A stretch of DNA of 64,000 bases from Chthonomonadales bacterium. Its GTDB lineage: Bacteria > Armatimonadota > Chthonomonadetes > Chthonomonadales > CAJBBX01. The first letter of the stretch is position 1, and the number at the start of each line of letters is the position of its first letter. A program made the translations under genes and the position numbers. Of this stretch, positions 16,829 through 25,152 are shown one piece after another. The stretch spans positions 3,263-67,262 of the forward strand of contig JBBROJ010000007.1 of NCBI GenBank assembly GCA_038229495.1, given 5' to 3'. Under the pieces are notes generated by a model. It had not been told where the DNA came from, did not search any database, and saw nothing but the letters and a program-made list of their open reading frames with translations.

Positions 16829-18118
16829 TTGGGCGGCCATTCGAGGTCGCGGGAGACAGGTATGGCGCTCACAGACGAATTGAATGGCAGCTACCAGCGG
16901 GCCGCAGAGAAGACAGCGCCGGAACAGTTCCGCGAGGAGATGACCGCGTGGGACGCCGTGTTCCGTCAGGCGTTTCGGATTCCACCCTACAATCCTGACG
17001 GCCTGTTATCGTCGCGCGGCATTGAGACCTACGACAAGATGATGGCCGATAGTCAGATTCGGGCCTCGATCAATACAAAACGTTACGCCTTACTCGCCCG
17101 GCCGTGGCAGGTTTTCCCATCCGTAAAGGACCAGGCGCACCCGGAATACCGCGCGGCATGCGAGGCGCGGGACTTCGTCGAGGATGCGCTTCGGAGCCTG
17201 CGCGGGCCGGACGGATCGGGCCGCGAATTTCGCCACACCCTTTTCGAGATGATGTCGGCGTTCTATCGCGGGTTCTCGCTGGCCGAGATGATCTGGCGGG
17301 TGGAGGAGCGGGGACGATGGCGGGGCAGGTATACGCTCGGGGCCATCAAGTTCAAGAATCCGAAGCAGATCGGCTTCGAGCTGGACGATTACCTCAACGT
17401 GCAGGCGGTGACGAGCCTCACCCCGACCGGCGGCCTGGTGAGTGTGCCCCGCGGCAAGTGCTTGCTCTATGTTTATAACCAGCGGGACGAGCTACCCTAC
17501 GGAGACAGCGATCTGCGCGCGGTCTACAAGCACTACATGAGCAAGCTGCGAATCATCGAGTTTTGGAACCTGCGATTGCAGCGGTTCGGCATTCCCTTCG
17601 CCTTTGCGAGCGTGGGGAACGGATCGGATACGCAATCCAGTAAGGTCAAGGAAATTCTGAGGGACTTCCAACAGGAATCGAGCGCGGTTTTCCCCACGAA
17701 CGTCAAGCCGGAGCTTCTCGAGCCGCGCAGCGATACCGGCGATCCGTTCCTGAGCGCATTGGAGTGGCACAACCAGCAGATCGCCGTCGGCATCTTGCTG
17801 CAAACGTTAACATCAACCGAAGGCAAGCGATCTGGCTCCATGGCGCTGGGGCGGGTGCATTTCGACATCCTTCTGTTCGCGCTGGAGTGCATGAAGCAGG
17901 ATATTGAAGCTACGGTGAACGCGCAGATAGTGCGCCCGCTGATCGACTACAACTTCGGGCATGGGCTGTACCCCTCGTTCTCGCTGGGGAATCTGGACGA
18001 AAAGGACCTACCCAAGCTGGCTCAGGCGGTGGACGTACTGCTAAGACACCAGGTCGTGGGGCCGAAGGAGCCGGTTCTGCGGGAGATGTTCAATCTGCCC
18101 GCGGCGGAAGAGGGATAG
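16829..18118 (+). CDS. Phage portal protein (DUF935 / Mu gp29-like)
   Basis: 429 aa, located after terL. N-terminal region ETYDKMMADSQIRASINTKRYALLARPWQV is typical of DUF935 portals. The likely start is M at 16862. Confidence 0.75.
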   Translation: MGGHSRSRETGMALTDELNGSYQRAAEKTAPEQFREEMTAWDAVFRQAFRIPPYNPDGLLSSRGIETYDKMMADSQIRASINTKRYALLARPWQVFPSVKDQAHPEYRAACEARDFVEDALRSLRGPDGSGREFRHTLFEMMSAFYRGFSLAEMIWRVEERGRWRGRYTLGAIKFKNPKQIGFELDDYLNVQAVTSLTPTGGLVSVPRGKCLLYVYNQRDELPYGDSDLRAVYKHYMSKLRIIEFWNLRLQRFGIPFAFASVGNGSDTQSSKVKEILRDFQQESSAVFPTNVKPELLEPRSDTGDPFLSALEWHNQQIAVGILLQTLTSTEGKRSGSMALGRVHFDILLFALECMKQDIEATVNAQIVRPLIDYNFGHGLYPSFSLGNLDEKDLPKLAQAVDVLLRHQVVGPKEPVLREMFNLPAAEEG

Positions 18119-18120
18119 AA

Positions 18121-18240
18121 GTCGTTGGGTCGCCCCCGGCCCCCAATTCTGGGGGAGTATGCGGGTGGTTGGGTCGTTGGGATGCCCCCCGGCCCCCAAT
18201 CCTGGGGGAGTATGCGGGTGGATGGGCCGTTGGGCGGGCG
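18121..18240. repeat. Two about 50-bp direct repeats, each containing GGGTCGTT-type octamers plus the hairpin GGCCCCCAATYCTGGGGGAGTATGCGGGTGG
   Basis: Copy 1 is 18121-18168 and copy 2 is 18169-18221. The array begins 2 nt after the portal stop. ORF 18169..18384 over it looks spurious. Confidence 0.9.
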
Positions 18241-18327
18241 TTTAACACTCATTCCAGTGTAGAAGCGGCGCAAGCGGAGGCCAGGACGTCTCCGATTGTC
18301 TACAGGCGAAGCGGCGCAACTACAATG

Positions 18328-18353
18328 AGGGAGGCCGCAATAGCGGCCTCCCT
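18328..18353. terminator. Hairpin AGGGAGGCCGC-AATA-GCGGCCTCCCT (bidirectional terminator candidate)
   Basis: An 11-bp perfect stem lying 36 nt beyond the stop of the minus-strand PEP-CTERM gene. Confidence 0.55.
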
Positions 18354-18388
18354 TGAGTTTACTCGTGAATTTGGAGCGCTCTGAATGT

Positions 18389-18958
18389 CTATGCGCGCTT
18401 ACGACGGATCAAGTACGCAGCGCCCGGAACGAGCATTCCGGCCATCAGGCCCAGCGTGCCCGGCTCAGGAACGCTGTTCGCGACCTGGGTTACGCTGATG
18501 TCGTCGATGCGAAGGTAAGACGGATCTTGTCGAAAGCCGAACTTCAGATTCGTGCTGGCGCCGGTGGCAGCGACATTATAGGAATACTCGGTGTAACCTC
18601 CCGCAGGCAGCGTATCAGGGCTGCCGGTACGGTCGTCAATAATGGATCCATCCCACGAAACTTGAAATTCGCGGGTGCCGCCGTCGACCTGCAGCCATAG
18701 GTCGATCAGGTACGACGCTCCAGGCGCGGTGACGATGTTCTGCTCGATAAACCCGAGGGAACCGACCGGGCCAAATTGTGCGGCCCAAAGCCCCGTATGC
18801 ACAGGAGAGGTGACGACGCTCGTAAATCCCATATTGCCGGAACGGACCCATCCTGAGAAGTCGCCTGTTTCGAAATCGCCATTTACGACCTGTGCTCGCG
18901 CCGCAAGAGGCGCGATTGCCAGGGCTATTAGCCCAAGAACTACGACCGGATTCTTCAT
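18389..18958 (-). CDS. PEP-CTERM sorting-domain protein with CBM/DUF642-like beta-sandwich
   Basis: 189 aa with a signal peptide and NGDFETGDFSGW. The C-terminal VPEPGTLGLMAGMLVPGAAYLIRRKRA is a PEP-CTERM anchor. Confidence 0.85.
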   Translation of the reverse strand: MKNPVVVLGLIALAIAPLAARAQVVNGDFETGDFSGWVRSGNMGFTSVVTSPVHTGLWAAQFGPVGSLGFIEQNIVTAPGASYLIDLWLQVDGGTREFQVSWDGSIIDDRTGSPDTLPAGGYTEYSYNVAATGASTNLKFGFRQDPSYLRIDDISVTQVANSVPEPGTLGLMAGMLVPGAAYLIRRKRA

Positions 18959-19116
18959 CTGATATACACTCCTGAATCTGAAAAATGAGTAGTCTGCTGG
19001 CAGTCAGCAGACTCAACCGTTCAGAGTGCATATCAGCAATCATCATGCCAGAAAGGGGCGTTGGGGACCAAACAGGTACATGCGCGGGCGTGGCTTCACG
19101 CTCGGGAGCGTGCTTT

Positions 19117-19893
19117 TCAGGTGTCCTTACGAGGTGTTTCCAGCGGCTCCCATTCTAGGAGCCGCTTCCCTTTTTCGTGTTTGAATGCTCTGCCGGAGGT
19201 GTCGCCCGTAATGTGGATTACCTCAAAGCCGTCGTGATCGAGCAGCAGCGCCGCTTCGAGGGCGCGGGCAAGGTCGGGGGCGCTTGTTCGCGGATCGATC
19301 GCTTTGGCAGGATCGTGCTTTGCGTGCCAATCCTCTCTCGATACCGGCAGGAAGAGGCGAAGAACAAGAATAGGGAGATGGTGGACGCGATGGGCGAATC
19401 TACATGCCTCTTCGCCCATCCACTTGGTCAGACCGTATACGCTTAGCGGCTCGGGCGTCACCGTTTCACTGTCATATGCGCCGCTCAGGAGATCATGGCC
19501 ATCGTGGACCGACAGACTGCTCGTATAGACTGCGCGGCCGATGCCCGCCTGTACGGCAGCCTCCATCGCGAGATGGACACCCTTCACGTTTACGTCGTGC
19601 GCGGCGGCAATATTCTGGATGCCGCCGGGCTGCGCACTGCCCATCGCCATGTAAAGTAGGAGGTCCATGCCCTCCACTGCTCTTTTGAGCGAATCGAAAT
19701 CCGTCACTTCGCCCAGAATAAAGTCCTCTGTGATGGATTCCCAGACCCTTTTAGCGGAAGGCGACCGGTCATACACACGCAGTTGAAATCGCTCTTGCAG
19801 CAGCGGGAGCACAAGGCCGGCGACGTATCCGCTGCCGCCGACCACGAGAAGTTTCGGGCGGCTTTCGGATGGCTGGTCGTTTTGCATTCCCAT
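19117..19893 (-). CDS. NAD-dependent epimerase/dehydratase family protein
   Basis: Rossmann motif LLVVGGSGYVAG and an SDR-like body. The start is chosen at M17 (19893), which is preceded by GAGGGGA. The ORF is open to 19941. Confidence 0.75.
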   Translation of the reverse strand: MGMQNDQPSESRPKLLVVGGSGYVAGLVLPLLQERFQLRVYDRSPSAKRVWESITEDFILGEVTDFDSLKRAVEGMDLLLYMAMGSAQPGGIQNIAAAHDVNVKGVHLAMEAAVQAGIGRAVYTSSLSVHDGHDLLSGAYDSETVTPEPLSVYGLTKWMGEEACRFAHRVHHLPILVLRLFLPVSREDWHAKHDPAKAIDPRTSAPDLARALEAALLLDHDGFEVIHITGDTSGRAFKHEKGKRLLEWEPLETPRKDT

Positions 19894-19940
19894 GAACGGA
19901 TTCCCCTCGACCATTTTACTTGTTCGCCAGGAGGAACACA

Positions 19941-20969
19941 ATGGATTCTGAACGCCTCAAATGGAAATTTACAAATGACGGGGCTTTCGTGGAACGGGAG
20001 TGCCTGCTCTTCGAGGCAGGCGAATACCCCGACCGCGGCGTTACGATCACACCCGCAGATCTACTCGCCATCGCGAAGAACTCGCCGGAATCGATACCGG
20101 TCAGGGTGGAGCACCTTGCGCGATCTCCGTTCGATGGAGCGCTTGGCGCTGTAATGCGCCTGCGGGCTGTTGGGAACCGACTCTGGGGAACCCTCCGTCA
20201 GCCTGCGGAGGCCTGGCAGTTCGTACAGAGAGCGGGCGCGAAAGCCCTGTCGGTCGCTATCGACACCGGTGCTACGAAAGGGTGGCGGCTGGCAGAGGTG
20301 TCATTCGTGTGCTTGCCTCGCGTGGCGAGCGCGCAGGTTTTTAACGACAACGGCAATGACAACGCCAATCTAGGAGCGCAGCCGTCATGCCGCGCTCTAT
20401 TTCATTCGTCTCCACTCTTTGGTCAGGGTGAGACGGAAACAGAGGAGGAGAGAGACATGGTAAGCGTGCGGCAGTTTGCCGATGGCTTGATGCTGTATGT
20501 GCGCAGCATGCTGGGAGCAGAGGCTGGTAATACGGAGGAGTTTTCCCGCGCGTTGTCCGCCGAGCGCACACAACTCTCCACGGAGCGAGACATGCTCCAA
20601 AGTGAGCGGGTCGGCCAGAAGATCGAAGAGATGAAACGGCGCGGCCTTATCCGCGCCACGGATGAGACGCAGGAGCTGGCAAAGTCGTTGCTGCTATTCG
20701 GTGTGACAAATGTCGTACAATTTAATAACGAACCTGTCAGCATTGATCGGCTGTTCATGCGCTTTCTGGAAGCCAACGGCCCCGTCGTTCCTATGGGCGA
20801 GGTGGCAGCGGCCGTTCCCGAAATGCACGGCGCCTCGGACCGCTTGATTGCCCTCGCGGGCGAAGCGTCGCGGCGGGACGGCCTTCCCTATGTTACGGCT
20901 TTCTCGCGGGTAAGCGCCGCGCATCCGGAGCTCGCCCGTGCCGCCCGCGAGGAGAGCATCAACGGATAA
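19941..20969 (+). CDS. Putative prohead protease-scaffold fusion (Mu gpI-like N-terminal domain, coiled-coil C-terminal half)
   Basis: The N-terminus (FEAGEYPDRGVTITPADLLAIAKNSPESIPVRVEH) resembles Mu-like prophage protein I. The C-terminal half is acidic and coiled-coil. It sits between the portal and capsid genes. Confidence 0.5.
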   Translation: MDSERLKWKFTNDGAFVERECLLFEAGEYPDRGVTITPADLLAIAKNSPESIPVRVEHLARSPFDGALGAVMRLRAVGNRLWGTLRQPAEAWQFVQRAGAKALSVAIDTGATKGWRLAEVSFVCLPRVASAQVFNDNGNDNANLGAQPSCRALFHSSPLFGQGETETEEERDMVSVRQFADGLMLYVRSMLGAEAGNTEEFSRALSAERTQLSTERDMLQSERVGQKIEEMKRRGLIRATDETQELAKSLLLFGVTNVVQFNNEPVSIDRLFMRFLEANGPVVPMGEVAAAVPEMHGASDRLIALAGEASRRDGLPYVTAFSRVSAAHPELARAAREESING

Positions 20970-20996
20970 CGGGAAATCAACCACCCGTTTTGATTG

Positions 20997-21087
20997 AGGC
21001 ACAGAGACACAGAGTTGGAAGGAAGCTGATTCGAGCTTAAGGTCAGGTTACACTCCTCCTTGCTCTTCTCTGTGTCTCCCTGTCTCT
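20997..21087. repeat. Inverted repeat GAGACACAGAG (21004-21014) / CTCTGTGTCTC (21068-21078) built from CAGAGA-type short repeats
   Basis: Read directly. It lies between the scaffold gene and the DUF2190 gene. Confidence 0.8.
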
Positions 21088-21131
21088 AGCGAAGCGGGTG
21101 GTAAATCGCATCTTTTTCGAAGGAGAATGAA

Positions 21132-21548
21132 ATGGCGAAACAGACGCCTCTTCTGGTAAAGTCGTTTGCGGCCGACACGGCCATTGCGAATGCGAACGTA
21201 TGCGTGGTCATGTCGGGAGCCAATGCTGGTAACGTGACGCTTCCGGGCGGCGCGCTGGCAACCAAGTTTGCCGGGATCACATGGGAGCCCGTGCAGTCCG
21301 GCTCCACGGCCAATGAGATCGCCGTGCAGGTCGCGGGAATTGCGCAGATCCAGACGGACGGCTCCGCGCTTATCGCCGCGGGTGACTACGTGGCGATTGC
21401 CAATGCGTCGGGACAGATAAAGACGGTCGTGCCTGCCACCGGCGCCGTTCTGCGGCAGGTAGTGGGAATCGCGGTGAGCGGCGCGACCAACACAGCCGGC
21501 CTGCTCGTTGACGTGCTGCTTCAACCGGCAATCTATATCGGCGCATAG
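21132..21548 (+). CDS. DUF2190-family head decoration / capsid cement protein
   Basis: 138 aa, Ala/Gly/Val-rich beta protein. GDYVAIANASGQIKTV and VVGIAVSGATNTAGLLVDVLL are typical of DUF2190. It lies immediately before the capsid gene region. Confidence 0.6.
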   Translation: MAKQTPLLVKSFAADTAIANANVCVVMSGANAGNVTLPGGALATKFAGITWEPVQSGSTANEIAVQVAGIAQIQTDGSALIAAGDYVAIANASGQIKTVVPATGAVLRQVVGIAVSGATNTAGLLVDVLLQPAIYIGA

Positions 21549-21711
21549 ACGAGAACGGCGTCACGCTGCGTCACAAATGGCGGACTCTAGCGTCTCACGT
21601 AATGAAGGTCGAGTACGGAGTCGAGAAAAGGAATGCTCGAATCGAATCTCGAATAGTACGTAGAATCGCGATACTGTGGCGAACTGGTCGCCACGACAAG
21701 GGAGTTCCGAT

Positions 21712-21984
21712 ATGGTCAAGAAGATCGTTGCATTGATGGCAGCGGGTGCATTCGCCGCGTCCCTCTCAACTGTTGCCGTCGCACAAAAGGACAAGCACAA
21801 GACGGCAAAGCACAATCCAACCTGTCCCGTCTGCAAGATGGAGTTCTCCTCAACGAAGGACGACAAGAATCCCGTAGCCGTAAAGGCAGGAAAGAAGACT
21901 GTCTACTGCTGCTCCGGCTGCGACATGAAGGACTGGAAGAAAGACAAGAAGGGCACCCTGCTTCTGCCCAAAGAGAAGAAGTAA
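21712..21984 (+). CDS. Secreted small YHS/TRASH-like metal-binding protein
   Basis: Signal peptide MVKKIVALMAAGAFAASLSTVAVA. CPVCKM...YCCSGCDMKDW resembles the YHS/TRASH pattern CPVCGM...Y.FCS..C. The start is at M13, preceded by AAGGGAG. Confidence 0.5.
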   Translation: MVKKIVALMAAGAFAASLSTVAVAQKDKHKTAKHNPTCPVCKMEFSSTKDDKNPVAVKAGKKTVYCCSGCDMKDWKKDKKGTLLLPKEKK

Positions 21985-22011
21985 GCGTTCGTTCATTTTA
22001 GACCCGAGCAT

Positions 22012-22046
22012 TCACAATGGACCGCCAATTTGGCGGTCCATTGTGA
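22012..22046 (+). terminator. Perfect 15-bp hairpin TCACAATGGACCGCC-AATTT-GGCGGTCCATTGTGA
   Basis: Read directly, 28 nt after the stop at 21984. There is no clear U-tract. Confidence 0.5.
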
Positions 22047-22111
22047 TTCGGCGAAGATAAGAAATAACCCATCGACCATGATCCGCCCGGCGCTAACCCG
22101 CCGGGATTTCT

Positions 22112-22160
22112 CACGACTCACGACTCACGACTCTCGACTCACGACTCTCGACTCACGACT
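22112..22160. repeat. Seven tandem heptamers CWCGACT ending 1 nt before the capsid gene Shine-Dalgarno
   Basis: The units read CACGACT x3, CTCGACT, CACGACT, CTCGACT, CACGACT. GAGGAG follows at 22161-22166 and the ATG is at 22173. Confidence 0.92.
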
Positions 22161-22172
22161 GAGGAGACTTCC

Positions 22173-23192
22173 ATGCCAACCCTTGGACAGATTCACATCG
22201 ATCAGGCGCTCACCAACATTTCCGTGATGTACCGCAATGAGACCTACATCGGCGATCAGGTCCTTCCCACCGTGCCCGTTGCCCAGCGCTCCGACAAGTA
22301 CTTCCTCTACAAAAAGGAGGACTTCCTCAGCCCCAGCGGCTCCAGCGGAACCGGCGCGCTCAACTCACTCCGCCGCCCCGGATCCGAAGCCGCCGAGATC
22401 GACTATGGCGTCTCCACAGCGAGCTACTTCGCGGAAGAGTACGCCTATCGCGGCATTGTCACCGATGCGGAAGTCGCAGTCGCGGACAATCCCATGCAGC
22501 CGGACATGGACCAGACCGTTCAGCTTACCGAGCGGCTGATGCTCGATAATGAGGTGTCTGTTGCCACCATCGTATGCAAGCGCGCCAACTATCCGTCTTC
22601 CAACCGAGTGGCGCTCACCGGTGGAGGCACTGGAACTTCATGGGCGCAATATACAAGCGCCAACTCCACTCCGTTCACCGACATTAAGAACGGTAAGCTG
22701 GCCGTTATCAAAGGAATCGCACGGGAAGCGAACGCGCTGCTCCTCGGTGTCGATACCGCGCGAACGCTTGCAGACCATCCAAACGTGAAAGACCTGGTTA
22801 AGTACGTCCATCAGGATGCGCTCACAATGAGTGGGCTGCCCAAAGTGCTTCGCGGTATGACCGTCATTGAAGGCGCGACGCAGAAGAACACCGCCGCCGA
22901 GGGAGCTTCCTATACCGGCGCAAATGTGTGGCAGGCCGACGACGGAACAGGATTCGCGCTCCTGTACTACCGGAATCCCAATCCGACGCTCCGTTCCGTC
23001 AGTCTCGGCTACACCTTCGATGCGCCGGACGACGCCACTGGCGCGCGTGGCTATGCAGTTCGGCGTTGGCGAGAAGAGAAGCGCAAAGGCTCCATGATTG
23101 AGGTCGCGTTCCTTCGAGATTGGCGTCTCATCGCCGTGGATGGCTCCGGTCTGGCGCTTGGAGGCTATCTGGTCAGCAGCGCGACTCTCTAA
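22173..23192 (+). CDS. Phage major capsid protein (HK97-fold, capsid protein E-like family)
   Basis: 339 aa. N-terminus QALTNISVMYRNETYIGDQVLPTVPVAQRSDKYFLYKKEDF matches my memory of this MCP family. Its position after the decoration and scaffold genes also fits. Confidence 0.7.
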   Translation: MPTLGQIHIDQALTNISVMYRNETYIGDQVLPTVPVAQRSDKYFLYKKEDFLSPSGSSGTGALNSLRRPGSEAAEIDYGVSTASYFAEEYAYRGIVTDAEVAVADNPMQPDMDQTVQLTERLMLDNEVSVATIVCKRANYPSSNRVALTGGGTGTSWAQYTSANSTPFTDIKNGKLAVIKGIAREANALLLGVDTARTLADHPNVKDLVKYVHQDALTMSGLPKVLRGMTVIEGATQKNTAAEGASYTGANVWQADDGTGFALLYYRNPNPTLRSVSLGYTFDAPDDATGARGYAVRRWREEKRKGSMIEVAFLRDWRLIAVDGSGLALGGYLVSSATL

Positions 23193-23268
23193 AGACCCAA
23201 CGGCATAACGATGACGGCCGGCCAGGATAGCTTGCGGCCGGCCGTCAAACAAACAGGAGGGAACGAGA

Positions 23269-23565
23269 ATGCCCGACTACGCCGCGGTATCAGTCTTTAG
23301 CCCCCGTACGCGGCGATGGGAGCTCATGAGCGACAGGGGCCGAGTGATTGTGTTCGATACAGCGGAGGTAGCCTGGAACTGGCTGCCTCTGCTCGGAGGC
23401 GGGCGTACCTATGCATCGGACGCCCGTTCTCTTTCTCTCTGCTTTCTGGAGCTGTCCGGCGTCGCTCCCAATCGCGCGCGGGTCGTAACGCACTACATGC
23501 CCGAAGAGCGCGCGCCATGGCGGGGCCATATCATTTGGTCCGAATGGTGGGACAGACAATTGTAA
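23269..23565 (+). CDS. Hypothetical protein (phage module)
   Basis: 98 aa ORF with an AGGAGGGAACGAG SD region upstream. No family recognised. Confidence 0.45.
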   Translation: MPDYAAVSVFSPRTRRWELMSDRGRVIVFDTAEVAWNWLPLLGGGRTYASDARSLSLCFLELSGVAPNRARVVTHYMPEERAPWRGHIIWSEWWDRQL

Positions 23566-23663
23566 GTGCTGAGTGCTGAGTGATGAGTGCTGAGTAGGGA
23601 GCAACCTCCGTGTTGCGCCGTGTTCTTGACGTTCTCTCAGCACTCGGCACTCAGCACTCAGCG
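23566..23663. repeat. Complementary heptamer arrays GTGCTGA x4 (23566-23593) and CTCAGCA x4 (23636-23663) flanking a 42-nt loop
   Basis: Starts on the nucleotide after the stop codon. The loop contains AGGGAGCAACCTCCGTGTTGCGC (23596-23618), the exact reverse complement of 63321-63343. Confidence 0.92.
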
Positions 23664-23681
23664 CTAAAGAGGGAGGTTCCC

Positions 23682-24071
23682 ATGATTGCATTCACTTACG
23701 ACGCCGGCACGCTCGTTGGCCAGGTGCGGCTGTACTCGGGAGATACCGATGCTGACGGCTTGAACCGCGTGGGCGGCGATCGCACGCGTACCGACGATGA
23801 GGTCGCCCTGCTGCTTGCTCAGCACGACAATAATCCACGACTGGCCGCCGCCGCCCTGCTCGAATCCCGCGCGGCGGAGTTCGCGGGCCTCTCGACCAAC
23901 ATCACGCAGGGCACGCTGCGGCAGGACTACCGTCAGCGGAGTCTTCGCCTTCTGCAAGCGGCGGAGATGCTGCGGGCATCGGCTCGCGCTTCGGCGCTGC
24001 CAGTCTGGAATCCGCCCACCCGGGCCGCCCCATTTACGGCCGGAGAAGGTGGCACAATGGATGATTGGTGA
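23682..24071 (+). CDS. Hypothetical protein in head-tail adaptor position
   Basis: 129 aa from the ATG at 23682, preceded by GAGGGAGG. The upstream part of ORF 23610.. crosses the repeat and looks spurious. The adaptor call is by gene order only. Confidence 0.45.
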   Translation: MIAFTYDAGTLVGQVRLYSGDTDADGLNRVGGDRTRTDDEVALLLAQHDNNPRLAAAALLESRAAEFAGLSTNITQGTLRQDYRQRSLRLLQAAEMLRASARASALPVWNPPTRAAPFTAGEGGTMDDW

Positions 24072-24082
24072 GGAGGGCGTTC

Positions 24083-24152
24083 AGGTATCAGGTTCCAGGT
24101 ATCGGCCTCACCTGCCACCTGTCACCTGACACCTGTTACCTGACACCTGAAC
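24083..24152. repeat. CAGGTWY x3 followed by 6 x YACCTGW heptamers (mutually complementary), ending at the SD of the next gene
   Basis: Read directly. GGAGG is at 24156-24160 and the ATG at 24169. GGTGTCAGGTG at 57007-57030 is the complement of these units. Confidence 0.9.
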
Positions 24153-24168
24153 ACCGGAGGACAACACG

Positions 24169-24588
24169 ATGGCGTTTCCCAAGAGCCCTTTAACTAGAGA
24201 TGATTTGGACCGGACTCCAACACGCTCCGGCAACCTGCCTGGAACGATTAACTCTGGTCTCATCTTCCTGGAGTACGTGAATATCGAGCGCAAGATCGCA
24301 AGCGTGTGGACCGCTGTCGTTTCAAATTTGCCCGCGACGTTCGAGCCGATCAGCACGGACCGCAGGCTGAAGCTTGAGACGTGGACTCACAAGCCCATCT
24401 TCTGCGTCTGGCTTCCGCCGGATGCGCCGATTCAGGACGGCGATCGCATTATCCGTTGCGATGGCTCGCACTGGTATCTGCGGGGGGCTGCAATTGCCTC
24501 GCCGGATCGTACTCACATCGCCCTGGTGGCCGAGGCCGCCACCGAAGATAACCTGTTTGCCGCCCGGACCGCTTCCGAACCACCGTAG
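24169..24588 (+). CDS. Hypothetical protein in head-closure/connector position
   Basis: 139 aa ORF with a good SD. Assignment is by position only. Confidence 0.4.
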   Translation: MAFPKSPLTRDDLDRTPTRSGNLPGTINSGLIFLEYVNIERKIASVWTAVVSNLPATFEPISTDRRLKLETWTHKPIFCVWLPPDAPIQDGDRIIRCDGSHWYLRGAAIASPDRTHIALVAEAATEDNLFAARTASEPP

Positions 24589-24614
24589 GTCTCCGCGGGC
24601 CGGCAGCTGGAGGC

Positions 24615-24872
24615 ATGAAAATGAACATGCATGAACGAGGAGAGATGGGCCAGATGCGCGACTGCATCCAGCAGCTTGCGGTCGAAATTGCGCGATTGAG
24701 CCAGGCGGTCGAGCCGCTTGTGCGGATGCAGCAGGACCAGGACAGCCTGCGCGACCGAGTGGCCCAACTAGAAGGATTCCGCGCCGCGCTGCTCTGGCTT
24801 TCGGGCCTGAGCGTAATCAGCGCACTGTTTCGTTACCTGGTCTCATTTTGGATGGGAGGAACCGACCGATGA
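24615..24872 (+). CDS. Small coiled-coil protein with C-terminal TM helix
   Basis: 85 aa. LLWLSGLSVISALFRYLVSFW is a predicted TM segment. Holin-like topology is possible but not supported by any motif. Confidence 0.4.
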   Translation: MKMNMHERGEMGQMRDCIQQLAVEIARLSQAVEPLVRMQQDQDSLRDRVAQLEGFRAALLWLSGLSVISALFRYLVSFWMGGTDR

Positions 24873-25078
24873 ATAGAATTTTGCGAAGCCTGCGCGCTCC
24901 GCCGTCGCTGCTCATAGCCTACGCCGTACTCCGTGCCGACGCAGTGGCCGCGTTCAATGACCCCGCCGTCAGCAACGCGCTGGATCGTTTCAAAGCCGAT
25001 CCCGCCATCGCACCGCTTGTTCCGCGAATCTCGTCGGAATGGCGCGCGGTCGAGGATGCCCTGGAGCAGATGCGTTAA
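24869..25078 (+). CDS. Small hypothetical protein
   Basis: 69 aa from M8 of ORF 24848... An ATGA start/stop overlap with the preceding gene suggests coupling. Confidence 0.35.
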   Translation: MNRILRSLRAPPSLLIAYAVLRADAVAAFNDPAVSNALDRFKADPAIAPLVPRISSEWRAVEDALEQMR

Positions 25079-25152
25079 GACGTGCGAGACTGCCAATACC
25101 GGAAAGTTGGCCTTAAGCTTCAAGAATTATGCTTATTGAGAGGAGGTGAATT

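Noticed and set aside
18169-18384. ORF 18169..18384 (+) and ORF 18022..18273 (-) after the portal gene
   Set aside because: Both are translations of the duplicated REP-like modules and the terminator hairpin. They have no coding signature.
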